Assembly: GCA_946186915.1 (NCBI GenBank)
Contig: CAMHOY010000014.1
Span: 1,243 to 65,242 of the forward strand
Reading direction: 5' to 3'
Origin: an uncultured Bacteroidales bacterium
GTDB lineage: Bacteria; Bacteroidota; Bacteroidia; Bacteroidales; Paludibacteraceae
DNA length: 64,000 nt
In this document: one piece after another, positions 35,574 to 45,091 of the stretch
Layout: each line of letters opens with the position of its first letter
Numbering within the stretch: position 1 is the first letter of the stretch
Translations under genes and position numbers: made by a program
The notes under the pieces: model-generated
Databases searched by the model: none
Seen by the model: only the letters and a program-made list of their open reading frames with translations
Told to the model about the DNA's origin: nothing

Positions 35574-38500
35574 TTGAAGCGTAGCTTCCATTACATATTA
35601 TTCGCCATCACGGTAGCGCTGTCGGTCGTTGCCGGCATAATGATGTTCCATGTGAATGTCAATGCCGACATGACGAAATACCTGCCGGATAACTCGCAGA
35701 TGAAGCGGGGATTGGAGATCGTTACTTCCGAGTTCGGTTCTTCCGCCCAGATGTCCGGCGCGGATGTCCATGTGATGTTCGAAGGTGTTCGCCCAAAGGA
35801 GATTCCGGGAATACGGACGCTTCTGGAGGCTTATCCGGATGTGCAGGGCGTGACCTATCGCTATTCGTCCGACAGTACGCACACGGTCTTTGATCTCGAT
35901 GTGCCGAAGTCGGTGGACCAGAAGGAGTTAGGCAAACAGATCAGCACCCGTTTTGGAGGAAACTGCGTAGTGGAGACCAGCCAGGACGGTGCGACACCGC
36001 CGATGTCGGTGATGATCTTTGCCGCCGTGCTGATCATGGTGGTGCTCTTCGTGATGGCGCAGAGTTGGTTTGAACCGATCGTCATTCTGGCAACGGCTCT
36101 GCTGGCAATCGTGCTGAATATGGGTACAAATGCCTTGCTGCCTTCGGTATCTATCACGACGAACTTCATCGGTTCGATCCTGCAGGCTGTCCTCTCGCTC
36201 GATTATTGTATCGTGCTGCTGAACCGTTATCGTCAGGAGCAGGATGAGCATACCGACCGCCGTACAGCTGTCATTGCAGCCAACAGGGCCGTTCGTAAGG
36301 CAGCACCGTCCATCCTCTCGTCGGCCCTCACAACCGTCGTAGGACTGCTGATGCTCTGTTTCATGCGATTGAAGATAGGTGCGGACATGGGTATTGTACT
36401 GGCTAAGGGTGTGGTCTGCTCGCTGATATGTACCTTTACGGCTATGCCGTCACTGATGCTCCTCTTCCGCCGGACGATCAACGCGACCGCGAAGAAAGCA
36501 TATGTTCCTCCGACGGACGGGTTGGCGAGGTTTGTGGCACGGCATAAACTGCCGATGGCAGTGGGTGCCATCCTGCTATTCCTCGTCTCATGGTTCTTCG
36601 CCGGCCGCACAACGATCTTCTTCTCCGCAGAGGCTGAGTCGCAGATAGAGAAAATCTTCCCTGCGCCGAATCCGGTCGTACTCGTGTATGATACGCAGGA
36701 TGAGGACTCGGTGTACGGCCTGGTGGACAGTCTGATGGCGCAGCCCGGTATCCAGTCGGTCATCAGTTATCCGACGTTGATGAGCCAACCGCTCACGCCG
36801 CAGGAGATGACGAGCCATGTGCGGAGCCTGATGATCAATTTCAAGGATATGATGCCGGAAGGAACGAATGTCCCCCCGGAGGCACTCAATGTGCTGACGC
36901 CCGAGATGGTTCAGATCGTCTATTACATGCGCACCAAAGACTCGACGGAGACGCAATATACCTTCCCGGATATAGCCCGCTTCCTGCATACCCATGTGGC
37001 ATCCAATCCGCTTTTCTCGGCGTATCTGGATGATGAGATGAAGTCGCAGATAGCACTCCTGCAGTCCATGCTCGATGTCCCGCAAGCGAAAGAAACCTCT
37101 CCCCAGCCCTCCCCAGAAGGGAAGGGTGTGGCAAAGGAGTCTCCCAAAGATTCTCTTCCCCTCAGGGAGGAGGTAGAGGTAGGCTCCCTTCCCCGCGAGA
37201 CCATCGCACCCCTAACCCCTAATCCTCTAACCTCTAATCCCTTAACTCCCGACACACTCGAGATCCCGCAGATAGAGATAGACCGCATAGCCGTCGTACC
37301 GTTCATCGAGCGTCTGAATGCAACGCAGACCTCCGCTATTACGGTGGAGATGCGCAAACTGACGGACACCATGGCGATACGTCTGCCTATGTCGGTCAAC
37401 GAGATGTCTATCTTTATCGGTTCTACGCAGATACAGACGCGTCTGGTATATGGCTATGCCCCCGGACATGTGAAGAAGATGAGCCCGTTGCAGTACGTGC
37501 ATCTGCTGGTCGATGACCTGTTCAAACGCCCCGGCTTGGCAGGAATGATCTCGGAAGAGCAGCGTACGCAGTTAGGTCAGCGGGCGCACTTGATGGATCT
37601 GGCGGATGAGAATGCATCGTTGACGCCTTCCGACCTGAATATTCTGCTTCGTGCGTTCGGTATCGATGGTTTCTCGGATGAGGAACTGATGGCGATTGCT
37701 TATCCGCCGAAGAAAGAAGAACCGGTGATTCCTGTTAGTTCACCGGAGGAGATCGTCAACTCGCTGGCGGTCATCCAGTCGGCGCTGCATAGTACCGACA
37801 CCGCTCGCGCTATCGATGCAGAGACATATAACCGCTCGAGGAACATTGCGAATGAGACCAAGAAACATCATGGTCCTTCCCGCGCGGACCAGCAGGCGGA
37901 ACTGTTTACCGAACTGGTCTTCGGCGGCAAGTCCTATACAGCTGATGAGATGGCCGTCAGACTGGCGCGTCTGATGAAATTGTCGGATGTCAAGTCCGAA
38001 CCCGTCACACCGGCACAGATGTCGCTGTTGTACGATTATTACGGTTCTACCATCGGTCGTTGTGACACGCTTCGTATGGGTTTCGGACCGTTGCTGACCT
38101 ATCTGTGCGACACGTTGGTATACGACCCGCGACTGGCGGAGATATTGCCGGATTCGATACAACTGAAGGCGAAGGATATCCATGCGCAGATAACCACCGG
38201 ATTAGGCCAGTTGCGCAAGGAGAACTTCTCGCTGTTAGTCGTCCTGTCGTCCTTGCCGCCTGAGTCTCCCGAGACATACGAATTCGTGGATACGCTTACC
38301 GCACTCGCAGATGCCCGCATGCCGCACGAACACTATTATGTAGGTGAATCGGTGATGTACGCGGAGATGAGAGACGGGTTTGACCATGAGATGGAGGTCG
38401 TCACATGGCTGACTATCCTTTCTATCTTCCTTATCGTCGCTCTCACGTTCCGTTCGGTCATCGTGCCGACAATTCTGGTGCTGACGGTCATGACTGCCGT

Positions 38501-38924
38501 ATATGTCAATGTAGTGGTGGCCGGAATCGTTTCCGGACAGATGCTATACCTCGCGTACCTCATTGTGCAAGCCATCCTTATGGGTGCCACCATCGATTAT
38601 GGTATCCTCTTCGCGAACTACTACCGCGAGAGCCGCAAGACTATGTTACCGGTAGATGCTGTATGCGCGGCATACAGGGGGTCGATACGAACCATCCTCA
38701 CTTCGGGACTGATCATGGTTATCGGTCCGGGGGCGATGGCGTTGGCTATAGATGATCTGATGATCAGTAATATCGTCGGATGTCTGGCTGTCGGTGCGTT
38801 TGTGGCCGTGGTGCTGACGCTTACCGTCCTGCCTGCCGTACTGATAGCACTCGACAAGTGGGTCGTGTACGGCAAACAAAACCGCTATACCGGCGAAGAA
38901 GAAAAGCTAATACCTAACAACTAA
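35574..38924 (+). CDS. MMPL/RND-superfamily (HAE3-like) membrane transporter with a long central soluble region
   Basis: 1116 aa with two 5-6 TM bundles (~aa 140-300 and ~950-1100), each preceded by a soluble domain. The TTG start keeps the N-terminal TM. Confidence 0.7.
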   Translation: MKRSFHYILFAITVALSVVAGIMMFHVNVNADMTKYLPDNSQMKRGLEIVTSEFGSSAQMSGADVHVMFEGVRPKEIPGIRTLLEAYPDVQGVTYRYSSDSTHTVFDLDVPKSVDQKELGKQISTRFGGNCVVETSQDGATPPMSVMIFAAVLIMVVLFVMAQSWFEPIVILATALLAIVLNMGTNALLPSVSITTNFIGSILQAVLSLDYCIVLLNRYRQEQDEHTDRRTAVIAANRAVRKAAPSILSSALTTVVGLLMLCFMRLKIGADMGIVLAKGVVCSLICTFTAMPSLMLLFRRTINATAKKAYVPPTDGLARFVARHKLPMAVGAILLFLVSWFFAGRTTIFFSAEAESQIEKIFPAPNPVVLVYDTQDEDSVYGLVDSLMAQPGIQSVISYPTLMSQPLTPQEMTSHVRSLMINFKDMMPEGTNVPPEALNVLTPEMVQIVYYMRTKDSTETQYTFPDIARFLHTHVASNPLFSAYLDDEMKSQIALLQSMLDVPQAKETSPQPSPEGKGVAKESPKDSLPLREEVEVGSLPRETIAPLTPNPLTSNPLTPDTLEIPQIEIDRIAVVPFIERLNATQTSAITVEMRKLTDTMAIRLPMSVNEMSIFIGSTQIQTRLVYGYAPGHVKKMSPLQYVHLLVDDLFKRPGLAGMISEEQRTQLGQRAHLMDLADENASLTPSDLNILLRAFGIDGFSDEELMAIAYPPKKEEPVIPVSSPEEIVNSLAVIQSALHSTDTARAIDAETYNRSRNIANETKKHHGPSRADQQAELFTELVFGGKSYTADEMAVRLARLMKLSDVKSEPVTPAQMSLLYDYYGSTIGRCDTLRMGFGPLLTYLCDTLVYDPRLAEILPDSIQLKAKDIHAQITTGLGQLRKENFSLLVVLSSLPPESPETYEFVDTLTALADARMPHEHYYVGESVMYAEMRDGFDHEMEVVTWLTILSIFLIVALTFRSVIVPTILVLTVMTAVYVNVVVAGIVSGQMLYLAYLIVQAILMGATIDYGILFANYYRESRKTMLPVDAVCAAYRGSIRTILTSGLIMVIGPGAMALAIDDLMISNIVGCLAVGAFVAVVLTLTVLPAVLIALDKWVVYGKQNRYTGEEEKLIPNN

Positions 38925-38937
38925 CTGCTAACAACTT

Positions 38938-39789
38938 TTGATCAGCGATCAAAAATATGACACTGTCATCACGCCGCGAGACAAACTGCTGGCGATAGAC
39001 TGGAAGGAACTATGGCGTTACCGTGATATGTTCGTTCTTTTCGTGCAGCGTAACTTCCGCACGGCCTACAAGCAGACCATCCTTGGTCCGCTGTGGTTCC
39101 TCATCACGCCGGTCCTCTCCGTAATCGTCTATGTGACGGTCTTCGGCGGGATCGCAAACATTCCTACGGATGGTGTGCCTCCGATCTTGTTTTACTTGCT
39201 CGGTATATCTGTCTGGGGCTATTTTGCCAGCTGTCTGAGTGCTACGTCCAACTCGTTTGTATCGAACGCGGACATCTTCGGCAAGGTCTATTTCCCGCGC
39301 ATCATCATGCCGCTGGTAGCCGTCACGACCAACCTCTTGTCGTTTGCTATCCAGTTGGCGATCTTTACGGTGTTCTACATCTATTATGTAGCTACCGGAA
39401 CGGAACTGGTCATTCATTGGCAGATCGTTCTTTTCCCTGTGCTCATCATCCTCTTGGCGCTGATGGCAGTGGGTTTCGGAATGATCTTCTCTTCCATGAC
39501 CACCAAGTATCGCGACCTGCAGATCATGCTCAATAAAGTCATCTCGCTATGGGTGTATGTCACGCCGGTGATCTATCCGTTGAGTATGGTGACCAATCCC
39601 AAACTGCATCTGGCGATGAGTCTGAATCCCGTCACGCCGGTGATGGAAGCGATGAAGTTCTCGCTGCTCGGTGCCGGCCAGTTCTCATGGCTTTGGCTCG
39701 CGTACAGCGCAGGCTTCACCCTGTTGCTGCTCATCTTCGGATTGATGCTGTTTAATAAAGTACAAAAATCCTTCATGGATACCGTCTGA
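38938..39789 (+). CDS. ABC-2 type polysaccharide/O-antigen export permease (Wzm/TagG-like), copy 1
   Basis: WRYRDMFVLFVQRNFRTAYKQTILGPLWF, six TMs and GKVYFPR. It uses a TTG start. Confidence 0.8.
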   Translation: MISDQKYDTVITPRDKLLAIDWKELWRYRDMFVLFVQRNFRTAYKQTILGPLWFLITPVLSVIVYVTVFGGIANIPTDGVPPILFYLLGISVWGYFASCLSATSNSFVSNADIFGKVYFPRIIMPLVAVTTNLLSFAIQLAIFTVFYIYYVATGTELVIHWQIVLFPVLIILLALMAVGFGMIFSSMTTKYRDLQIMLNKVISLWVYVTPVIYPLSMVTNPKLHLAMSLNPVTPVMEAMKFSLLGAGQFSWLWLAYSAGFTLLLLIFGLMLFNKVQKSFMDTV

Positions 39790-39796
39790 ATACTGA

Positions 39797-40657
39797 ATGC
39801 TGAATACTGAGAACTCCACATATTGGACGACAGAAATAAGCCCAACGACTTTTTCGAAGGGCTTGGGACTGCGTGAACTATGGCAGAAGAAGTACCTGAT
39901 ATGGCTCTTTATCAAGCGCGATATCACGGTGCAGTTCAAGCAGACCATTTTCGGAATGGGCTGGTATTTCATCTCGCCGCTTTTCACGATGTTTATGTAT
40001 ATCGTGGTTTTCGGTCGCGTGGCCGGTATTCCGACGGATGATATCCCGCAACCGGTATTCTATTTGTCGGGTATCTGTCTCTGGGAGTATTTCTCGGAAT
40101 GTCTCACTGCGGTATCGGGTACTTTCCAGAAGAACGCTTCGCTGTATGGTAAAGTGTATTTCCCCCGACTGGTATCGCCGGTGTCGGTAGTCATCTCGAA
40201 GTTGTTCCGCTTCTCGTTGCAACTCGCTACGTTTGTCGCTGTTTATCTGTTCTATGTGATAAAAGGTGTGGACCTGCATCCGAACGCTTATCTGTTGCTC
40301 TTCCCGGTACTGCTGTTGTTGATCCAATGCTTAGCACTGGGTCTCGGACTGGTCATCTCGTCGCTAACCACCAAATATCGCGATTTGACCAATTTCTTCG
40401 GTGTCTTTGTCTCGCTCTGGATGTACGCTACGCCGATAGTCTATCCGCTCAGTTATGTCACGAATCCGACGCTGCATAAGATCATGTTGCTCAATCCCAT
40501 GACGGCGATCATCGAGACCTTCAAATACGGCGCATACGGAGCCGGTCAGTTCTCCTGGACTGCCCTTGGTTACAGTGCCGTCTTTACGTTTGTGTTGCTC
40601 TTCATCGGTATCGCGATGTTCAACCGCAAGCAGAAGTTCTTCATTGATACGATATAA
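39797..40657 (+). CDS. ABC-2 type polysaccharide/O-antigen export permease (Wzm/TagG-like), copy 2
   Basis: Paralogue of the preceding gene, about 45% aa identity by eye (FIKRDITVQFKQTIFGMGWY, GKVYFPR). Confidence 0.8.
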   Translation: MLNTENSTYWTTEISPTTFSKGLGLRELWQKKYLIWLFIKRDITVQFKQTIFGMGWYFISPLFTMFMYIVVFGRVAGIPTDDIPQPVFYLSGICLWEYFSECLTAVSGTFQKNASLYGKVYFPRLVSPVSVVISKLFRFSLQLATFVAVYLFYVIKGVDLHPNAYLLLFPVLLLLIQCLALGLGLVISSLTTKYRDLTNFFGVFVSLWMYATPIVYPLSYVTNPTLHKIMLLNPMTAIIETFKYGAYGAGQFSWTALGYSAVFTFVLLFIGIAMFNRKQKFFIDTI

Positions 40658-40705
40658 CCAAAGGTTATAAGATATTAGCAGTTAGTAATTAGCCATTAGC
40701 CTACC

Positions 40706-41065
40706 ATGAGAGATTTTCATAAAATAGATGTGTGGAAACGCAGTCATCAGTTGACTGTAGCAATATATAAGATAACGGAAACTTTCCCTAAGGATGAAAT
40801 ATTCGGTTTGACATCCCAAATTCGTAGAGCGATATCGTCAGTCCCTACTAATATCGCAGAAGGATGTGGGCGGAATAGTGATGCAGAATTATTTAATTTT
40901 CTTAATATCGCATCTGGCTCGGCTGCGGAAGTAGAATATCAAATAGTATTATCAAAGGAACTTGGCTATATTGCTGAACCTGTGGCAACTGAGTTGGCAA
41001 ATGAGATTGCCGAAATTAGAAAAATGCTCGGCTCATATATGAGAAAACTAAAAGCTAACAACTAA
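40706..41065 (+). CDS. four-helix-bundle protein (23S rRNA intervening-sequence protein family)
   Basis: 119 aa with family-typical blocks (W.....L...IY..T..FPK.E.FGL.SQ.RRA..S...NIAEG). Confidence 0.8.
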   Translation: MRDFHKIDVWKRSHQLTVAIYKITETFPKDEIFGLTSQIRRAISSVPTNIAEGCGRNSDAELFNFLNIASGSAAEVEYQIVLSKELGYIAEPVATELANEIAEIRKMLGSYMRKLKANN

Positions 41066-41097
41066 AAGCTAACAACTAATAGCTAAATTTTTAAGCC

Positions 41098-42678
41098 ATG
41101 CTAATAAAAATTTACTCCGCTGCTCCCGTCGGAATAGATGCCGTTCCGGTGACGATAGAGGTACATGCAGTGCCGGGGTTCGATTTTACGCTCGTCGGCT
41201 TGCCGGATAATGCCGTGAAAGAATCGCACGAACGTATCCTCGCGGCGCTGACGGTGAACAACCAGGAGACCCTTCACCGTGCTTATACCATCAATATGGC
41301 GCCGGCAGATATCAAGAAAGAAGGGGCTGCGTTCGATCTGCCGCTGGCTGTCGGCATGCTCGCCGGTGCGGAGAAACTGAAGACGAAAGAATTGGCACAC
41401 TATATGATTGTGGGCGAATTGTCGCTGGACGGTTCGCTGCAGCCTATTCGCGGCGCACTGCCCATCGCGCTCTGTGCACGCAAAGCAGGTTTCAAAGGGC
41501 TCATCCTTCCTGTCGAGAACGCAGAGGAAGCAGCGGTGGTGGAGGGATTGGATGTGTATGGACTCAATGACCTGATGGAGGTGGTTCGTTTCCTGAACGG
41601 AGAACCCAAAGATGAACTCAATCCCGAGGATAAGTTTGAACCGGTGCATGTCAATACGCAGGCGCTGTTTGACGAACTGGCTTTTCCTTCTGATATGGAT
41701 TTTGCAGACGTGCGCGGTCAGTTCAAAGTGCGGCGGGCGGTGGAGATTGCTGCCGCGGGAGGACATAATATGATCATGGTAGGACCTCCGGGTGCCGGTA
41801 AGTCGATGATCGCCAAGCGTATCCCTTCCATCCTGCCGCCACTCACACTCGAAGAGGCACTCGAGACCACAAAGATACATTCCATCGCCGGCCTGACCAA
41901 TAAACGGCGTGGGGCGCGCGGATCGCTCATCGTACAGCGTCCTTTCCGTTCCCCTCATCATACGATCACCGATGTTGCCCTCGTGGGCGGAGGACAGAAC
42001 CCGCATCCCGGAGAGATATCTCTGGCCCATAACGGCGTGCTCTTCCTCGATGAACTACCGGAATACAAACGCTCGGCATTGGAGGTGATGCGACAACCGC
42101 TCGAGGACAGAAAAATCACCGTGGCGCGTGCCAAGGACACCGTCGAATATCCGGCATCGTTCATGCTCGTAGCGGCGATGAACCCTTGTCCCTGCGGACA
42201 TTACGGGGAGAATAACCCCGCCCATCCTTGTACGTGTACTCCTGCGCAAGTGCATCGGTATTTATCGAAGATAAGCGGACCGTTGCTCGACCGTATAGAT
42301 ATACAATGCGAGATCGAAGCGGTGCCTTACGAGCAACTGCGGGATACGCAACCCGGAGAATCATCCGCCGCCATCCGCGAACGGGTGCTTAAAGCACGCG
42401 CCATCCAGAACGAGCGGTTCAAGCACAGCCGCCTCGTGCATTGTAACGCAATGATGAATTCGAAGATGGTGCGCCAGTATTGCGCGCTGGATACAGACTG
42501 CGATAAACTCTTGGAGTTTACCATGACCAAACTCGGCCTCTCTGCGCGGGCTTACGACCGCATCTTGAAAGTAGCACGAACTATCGCCGACATAGAAGGT
42601 GCGCAGGATATTCAGAAAAATCACCTGCTGGAAGCCATCTCCTATCGCTCTCTTGACCGCTCCACGTGGGCGGGGTAG
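41098..42678 (+). CDS. comM: YifB/ComM-family Mg-chelatase-like AAA+ ATPase
   Basis: N-terminal Lon-like domain, Walker [10 protein letters not shown], Walker B LFLDELPE and a Cys cluster CPCGHYG...CTC. Confidence 0.9.
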   Translation: MLIKIYSAAPVGIDAVPVTIEVHAVPGFDFTLVGLPDNAVKESHERILAALTVNNQETLHRAYTINMAPADIKKEGAAFDLPLAVGMLAGAEKLKTKELAHYMIVGELSLDGSLQPIRGALPIALCARKAGFKGLILPVENAEEAAVVEGLDVYGLNDLMEVVRFLNGEPKDELNPEDKFEPVHVNTQALFDELAFPSDMDFADVRGQFKVRRAVEIAAAGGHNMIMVGPPGAGKSMIAKRIPSILPPLTLEEALETTKIHSIAGLTNKRRGARGSLIVQRPFRSPHHTITDVALVGGGQNPHPGEISLAHNGVLFLDELPEYKRSALEVMRQPLEDRKITVARAKDTVEYPASFMLVAAMNPCPCGHYGENNPAHPCTCTPAQVHRYLSKISGPLLDRIDIQCEIEAVPYEQLRDTQPGESSAAIRERVLKARAIQNERFKHSRLVHCNAMMNSKMVRQYCALDTDCDKLLEFTMTKLGLSARAYDRILKVARTIADIEGAQDIQKNHLLEAISYRSLDRSTWAG

Positions 42679-42790
42679 ATTATAGAATCTGCGCAGCGTG
42701 ATTTTGATTTCCTCTCCCCTCCCGGGGAGGAGGTCGAAGGTACAACAAAAATTGCAAATATGCAAGTTTTCGAGCGAAAAATATAGTATT

Positions 42791-43303
42791 AAATCAAAAA
42801 CGCGGCGGTACGACCTTTCGGTCTAATGTTTATCGTCTATTAGTCGCTCGTGAGCAAGCTCCCAGCGCCTAATACCCGCTAATCATTTTGTCCGGCTTGA
42901 TAGCCGTCCTACCGCCTTACAAAAATACGCTTCGCTCACAAAAATGTCCAAAAATTGCTTCGCAATGCGGGTGTAACAATCCCTACGTGCCGAATGGATT
43001 TTTGAAAGTGAAACGCAGTGCAACGCTTTTTTGTGAGTCATGGAATGACGTGTTTTTCGTAAGCAGCCGTCCAAAACACTATAAAATTTTATTTATGTTT
43101 ATGGCTGGCACGCAGAATAGTTTAGTATGTAGCAGCTTGCGCTGCAGCGGATTAGACTATTATGAGGCGCTGGGAGCTCGCTCACAAGCGTGCATAAGAG
43201 GCAGATACGCTCAAGGCCGCGTCGGCCGGGATAATGAACTATTCTAAGTGACAGTGTTTATATAGGTTTATTTTCCTCTTTTGACGGCTGCGTGTTTTTG
43301 ATT
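42791..43303. repeat. nested-palindrome element, copy A (513 bp)
   Basis: The termini are AATCAAAAACGCG.../...CGTGTTTTTGATT. Internal arm pairs include GTGAGCAAGCTCCCAGCGCC with GGCGCTGGGAGCTCGCTCAC, and CTCACAAAAA with TTTTTTGTGAG. Confidence 0.75.
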
Positions 43304-43363
43304 ACATATAATTTCTATTTTCTCTCGCTCAAAAAATATTTTTACTATAATTTTCAAGATTTA

Positions 43364-43395
43364 TTTGCATAATTCGATAGAAAAGTGTATCTTTG
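43364..43395 (+). promoter_or_regulatory. promoter of rubrerythrin
   Basis: TTTG at 43364-43367, 20 bp, then TATCTTTG at 43388-43395. Confidence 0.6.
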
Positions 43396-43430
43396 CAGCG
43401 AAAATTATTAACCCTTAAATTTACAAGATT

Positions 43431-43973
43431 ATGAAAGATTTAAAAGGAACAAAGACCGAGAAAAACCTCATGGAGGCTTTCGCCGGAGAGTCAATGGCGC
43501 GTAACAAATACACCTTCTTTGCTTCGAAGGCGAAGAAAGACGGATACGTGCAGATCAGCAAGATTTTTGAAGAGACTGCTGCTAACGAGAAAGAGCATGC
43601 AGAGCTCTGGTATAAATATCTCAATGGAGGCAAGATCAGCGGTACGACGGATAACTTGGCGGATGCAGCTGCCGGTGAGAATGCCGAGTGGACCGACATG
43701 TATGCCCGTATGGCGAAAGAGGCGGAGGAAGAAGGATTTACGGAGATCGCCGCTAAGTTCGCGATGGTAGCTGCAATCGAGAAGCACCATGAAGAGCGCT
43801 ATCGCAAACTGCTGAAAAATATCGAGGACAAGGTGGTCTTCTCCCGCGAAGGGGATTGTATCTGGCAGTGCTCCAACTGCGGTCATATCGTAGTCGGCAA
43901 AGCCGCTCCGGAAGAGTGCCCTGTCTGCCATCACGCCCAGGCCTATTTCCAACTCTTAGCGGAAAACTATTAA
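43431..43973 (+). CDS. rbr: rubrerythrin
   Basis: Di-iron ExxH helices ([19 protein letters not shown]) plus a C-terminal rubredoxin CxxC...CPVC. Confidence 0.9.
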   Translation: MKDLKGTKTEKNLMEAFAGESMARNKYTFFASKAKKDGYVQISKIFEETAANEKEHAELWYKYLNGGKISGTTDNLADAAAGENAEWTDMYARMAKEAEEEGFTEIAAKFAMVAAIEKHHEERYRKLLKNIEDKVVFSREGDCIWQCSNCGHIVVGKAAPEECPVCHHAQAYFQLLAENY

Positions 43974-44101
43974 CCGTTCACCCGTTCATCCGTTAACCCG
44001 TTCAACCGTTAACCCGTTCATCCGTTAACCCGTTAACCCGTTCATCCGTTCATCCGTTAACCCGTTCATCCATTAACCCGTTAACCCGTTAACCCGTTCA
44101 A
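43974..44101. repeat. 16 tandem copies of an 8-bp unit CCGTTMAN
   Basis: Two main variants, CCGTTAAC and CCGTTCAT, are interleaved. The array fills the rbr/kinase intergenic space exactly, from the rbr stop to 13 nt before the next ATG. Confidence 0.95.
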
Positions 44102-44114
44102 CTTTCAACATCAT

Positions 44115-45008
44115 ATGACTCCGAAACTAATTGATCTCGCCGAATACGAGCGAGTAGGCGAGGGCGCGAATGGCGCCAGTTATAATCATCGCCAGGATCC
44201 TAACATCATGCTCAAACTCTATTTCCGTAACTATGAAGCTGCGGAACTGGAGTTGGAACTGGCGCGTAAAGTGTATAACGCAGGTATCCCGACGCCCGAA
44301 CCGGGTGACCTCGTGACGGACGGCAAACAGGTCGGTATCCGTTTCCGCCGTCTGGTGGATAAGAAGTCCTTCTCCCGCGCTTGCGGAGATAATCCCGAGA
44401 AGACCGAACTCTACGGACAGCAGTTCGCTCAGATGTGTCTCGCGCTGCATAACACCCATGTGGATACGACCCTTTTTGAGAACGTCAAGGATCGTCTGTA
44501 TGCCATGCTGGAAGCCAACCCGGACTTCACGCCGGATCAGAAGCAGAAGATCCACGACTATATCGCTGCCGCACCGGATGCGGACACCGCTATCCACGGC
44601 GACCTCCAGTTCGGTAACGGTATCTTCATCCCTTCCGGTGAGAAATTCTTCATCGATCTGGGCGATTTCTGCTATGGTTTCCCGTTCTTCGATCTGGGCA
44701 TGGTCTATCTCTGCTGCTGCCTTAATGACGAGGCATGGACGATGGAGGTGAACCATATGTCCAATGCTACCGCGCGCCGTTTCTGGGATGCCTTTGCGGA
44801 TGCGTACTTCCATTCGCCGGAATGCCCGCTCATCCCTTATGGTTTCAAGGATAAGAACGGCAAACCGCTCTTCGGACCCGGAGCAGACCTGGAGCAAGTG
44901 GAAGATCTCGTGAAAATCTACGCCGGACTCAAGACCCTTATCGTCGAGCGCGACACCCATTGCCCCATGCCGCAGTTCCGAGCTATGCTCGAAGGAACGG
45001 TTTATTGA
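44115..45008 (+). CDS. APH/choline-kinase-like phosphotransferase
   Basis: Gly-rich loop GEGANGASY, catalytic loop IHGDLQFGN and DLGDF. Confidence 0.7.
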   Translation: MTPKLIDLAEYERVGEGANGASYNHRQDPNIMLKLYFRNYEAAELELELARKVYNAGIPTPEPGDLVTDGKQVGIRFRRLVDKKSFSRACGDNPEKTELYGQQFAQMCLALHNTHVDTTLFENVKDRLYAMLEANPDFTPDQKQKIHDYIAAAPDADTAIHGDLQFGNGIFIPSGEKFFIDLGDFCYGFPFFDLGMVYLCCCLNDEAWTMEVNHMSNATARRFWDAFADAYFHSPECPLIPYGFKDKNGKPLFGPGADLEQVEDLVKIYAGLKTLIVERDTHCPMPQFRAMLEGTVY

Positions 45009-45060
45009 TACGCGAAAAGGCGATTTTTCGTACAAAAAGCACTTTTTTCGTACTTTTCTT

Positions 45061-45091
45061 CCCATATATTTGGATATATGGGATTTTTTTT
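45061..45091 (+). terminator. rho-independent terminator
   Basis: CCCATATAT-ttgg-ATATATGGG followed by ATTTTTTTT. Confidence 0.65.

Noticed and set aside
42888-43247. ORFs predicted inside the palindromic elements (42883-43074, 42888-43247, 49889-50146, 50119-50340).
   Set aside because: They span foldback repeat arms and show no coding-like composition or conservation between element copies at the protein level. They are better explained as non-coding repeat DNA.
43974-44101. Possible CRISPR array.
   Set aside because: The unit is only 8 bp, there are no unique spacers, and there are no cas genes. It is a simple tandem repeat.
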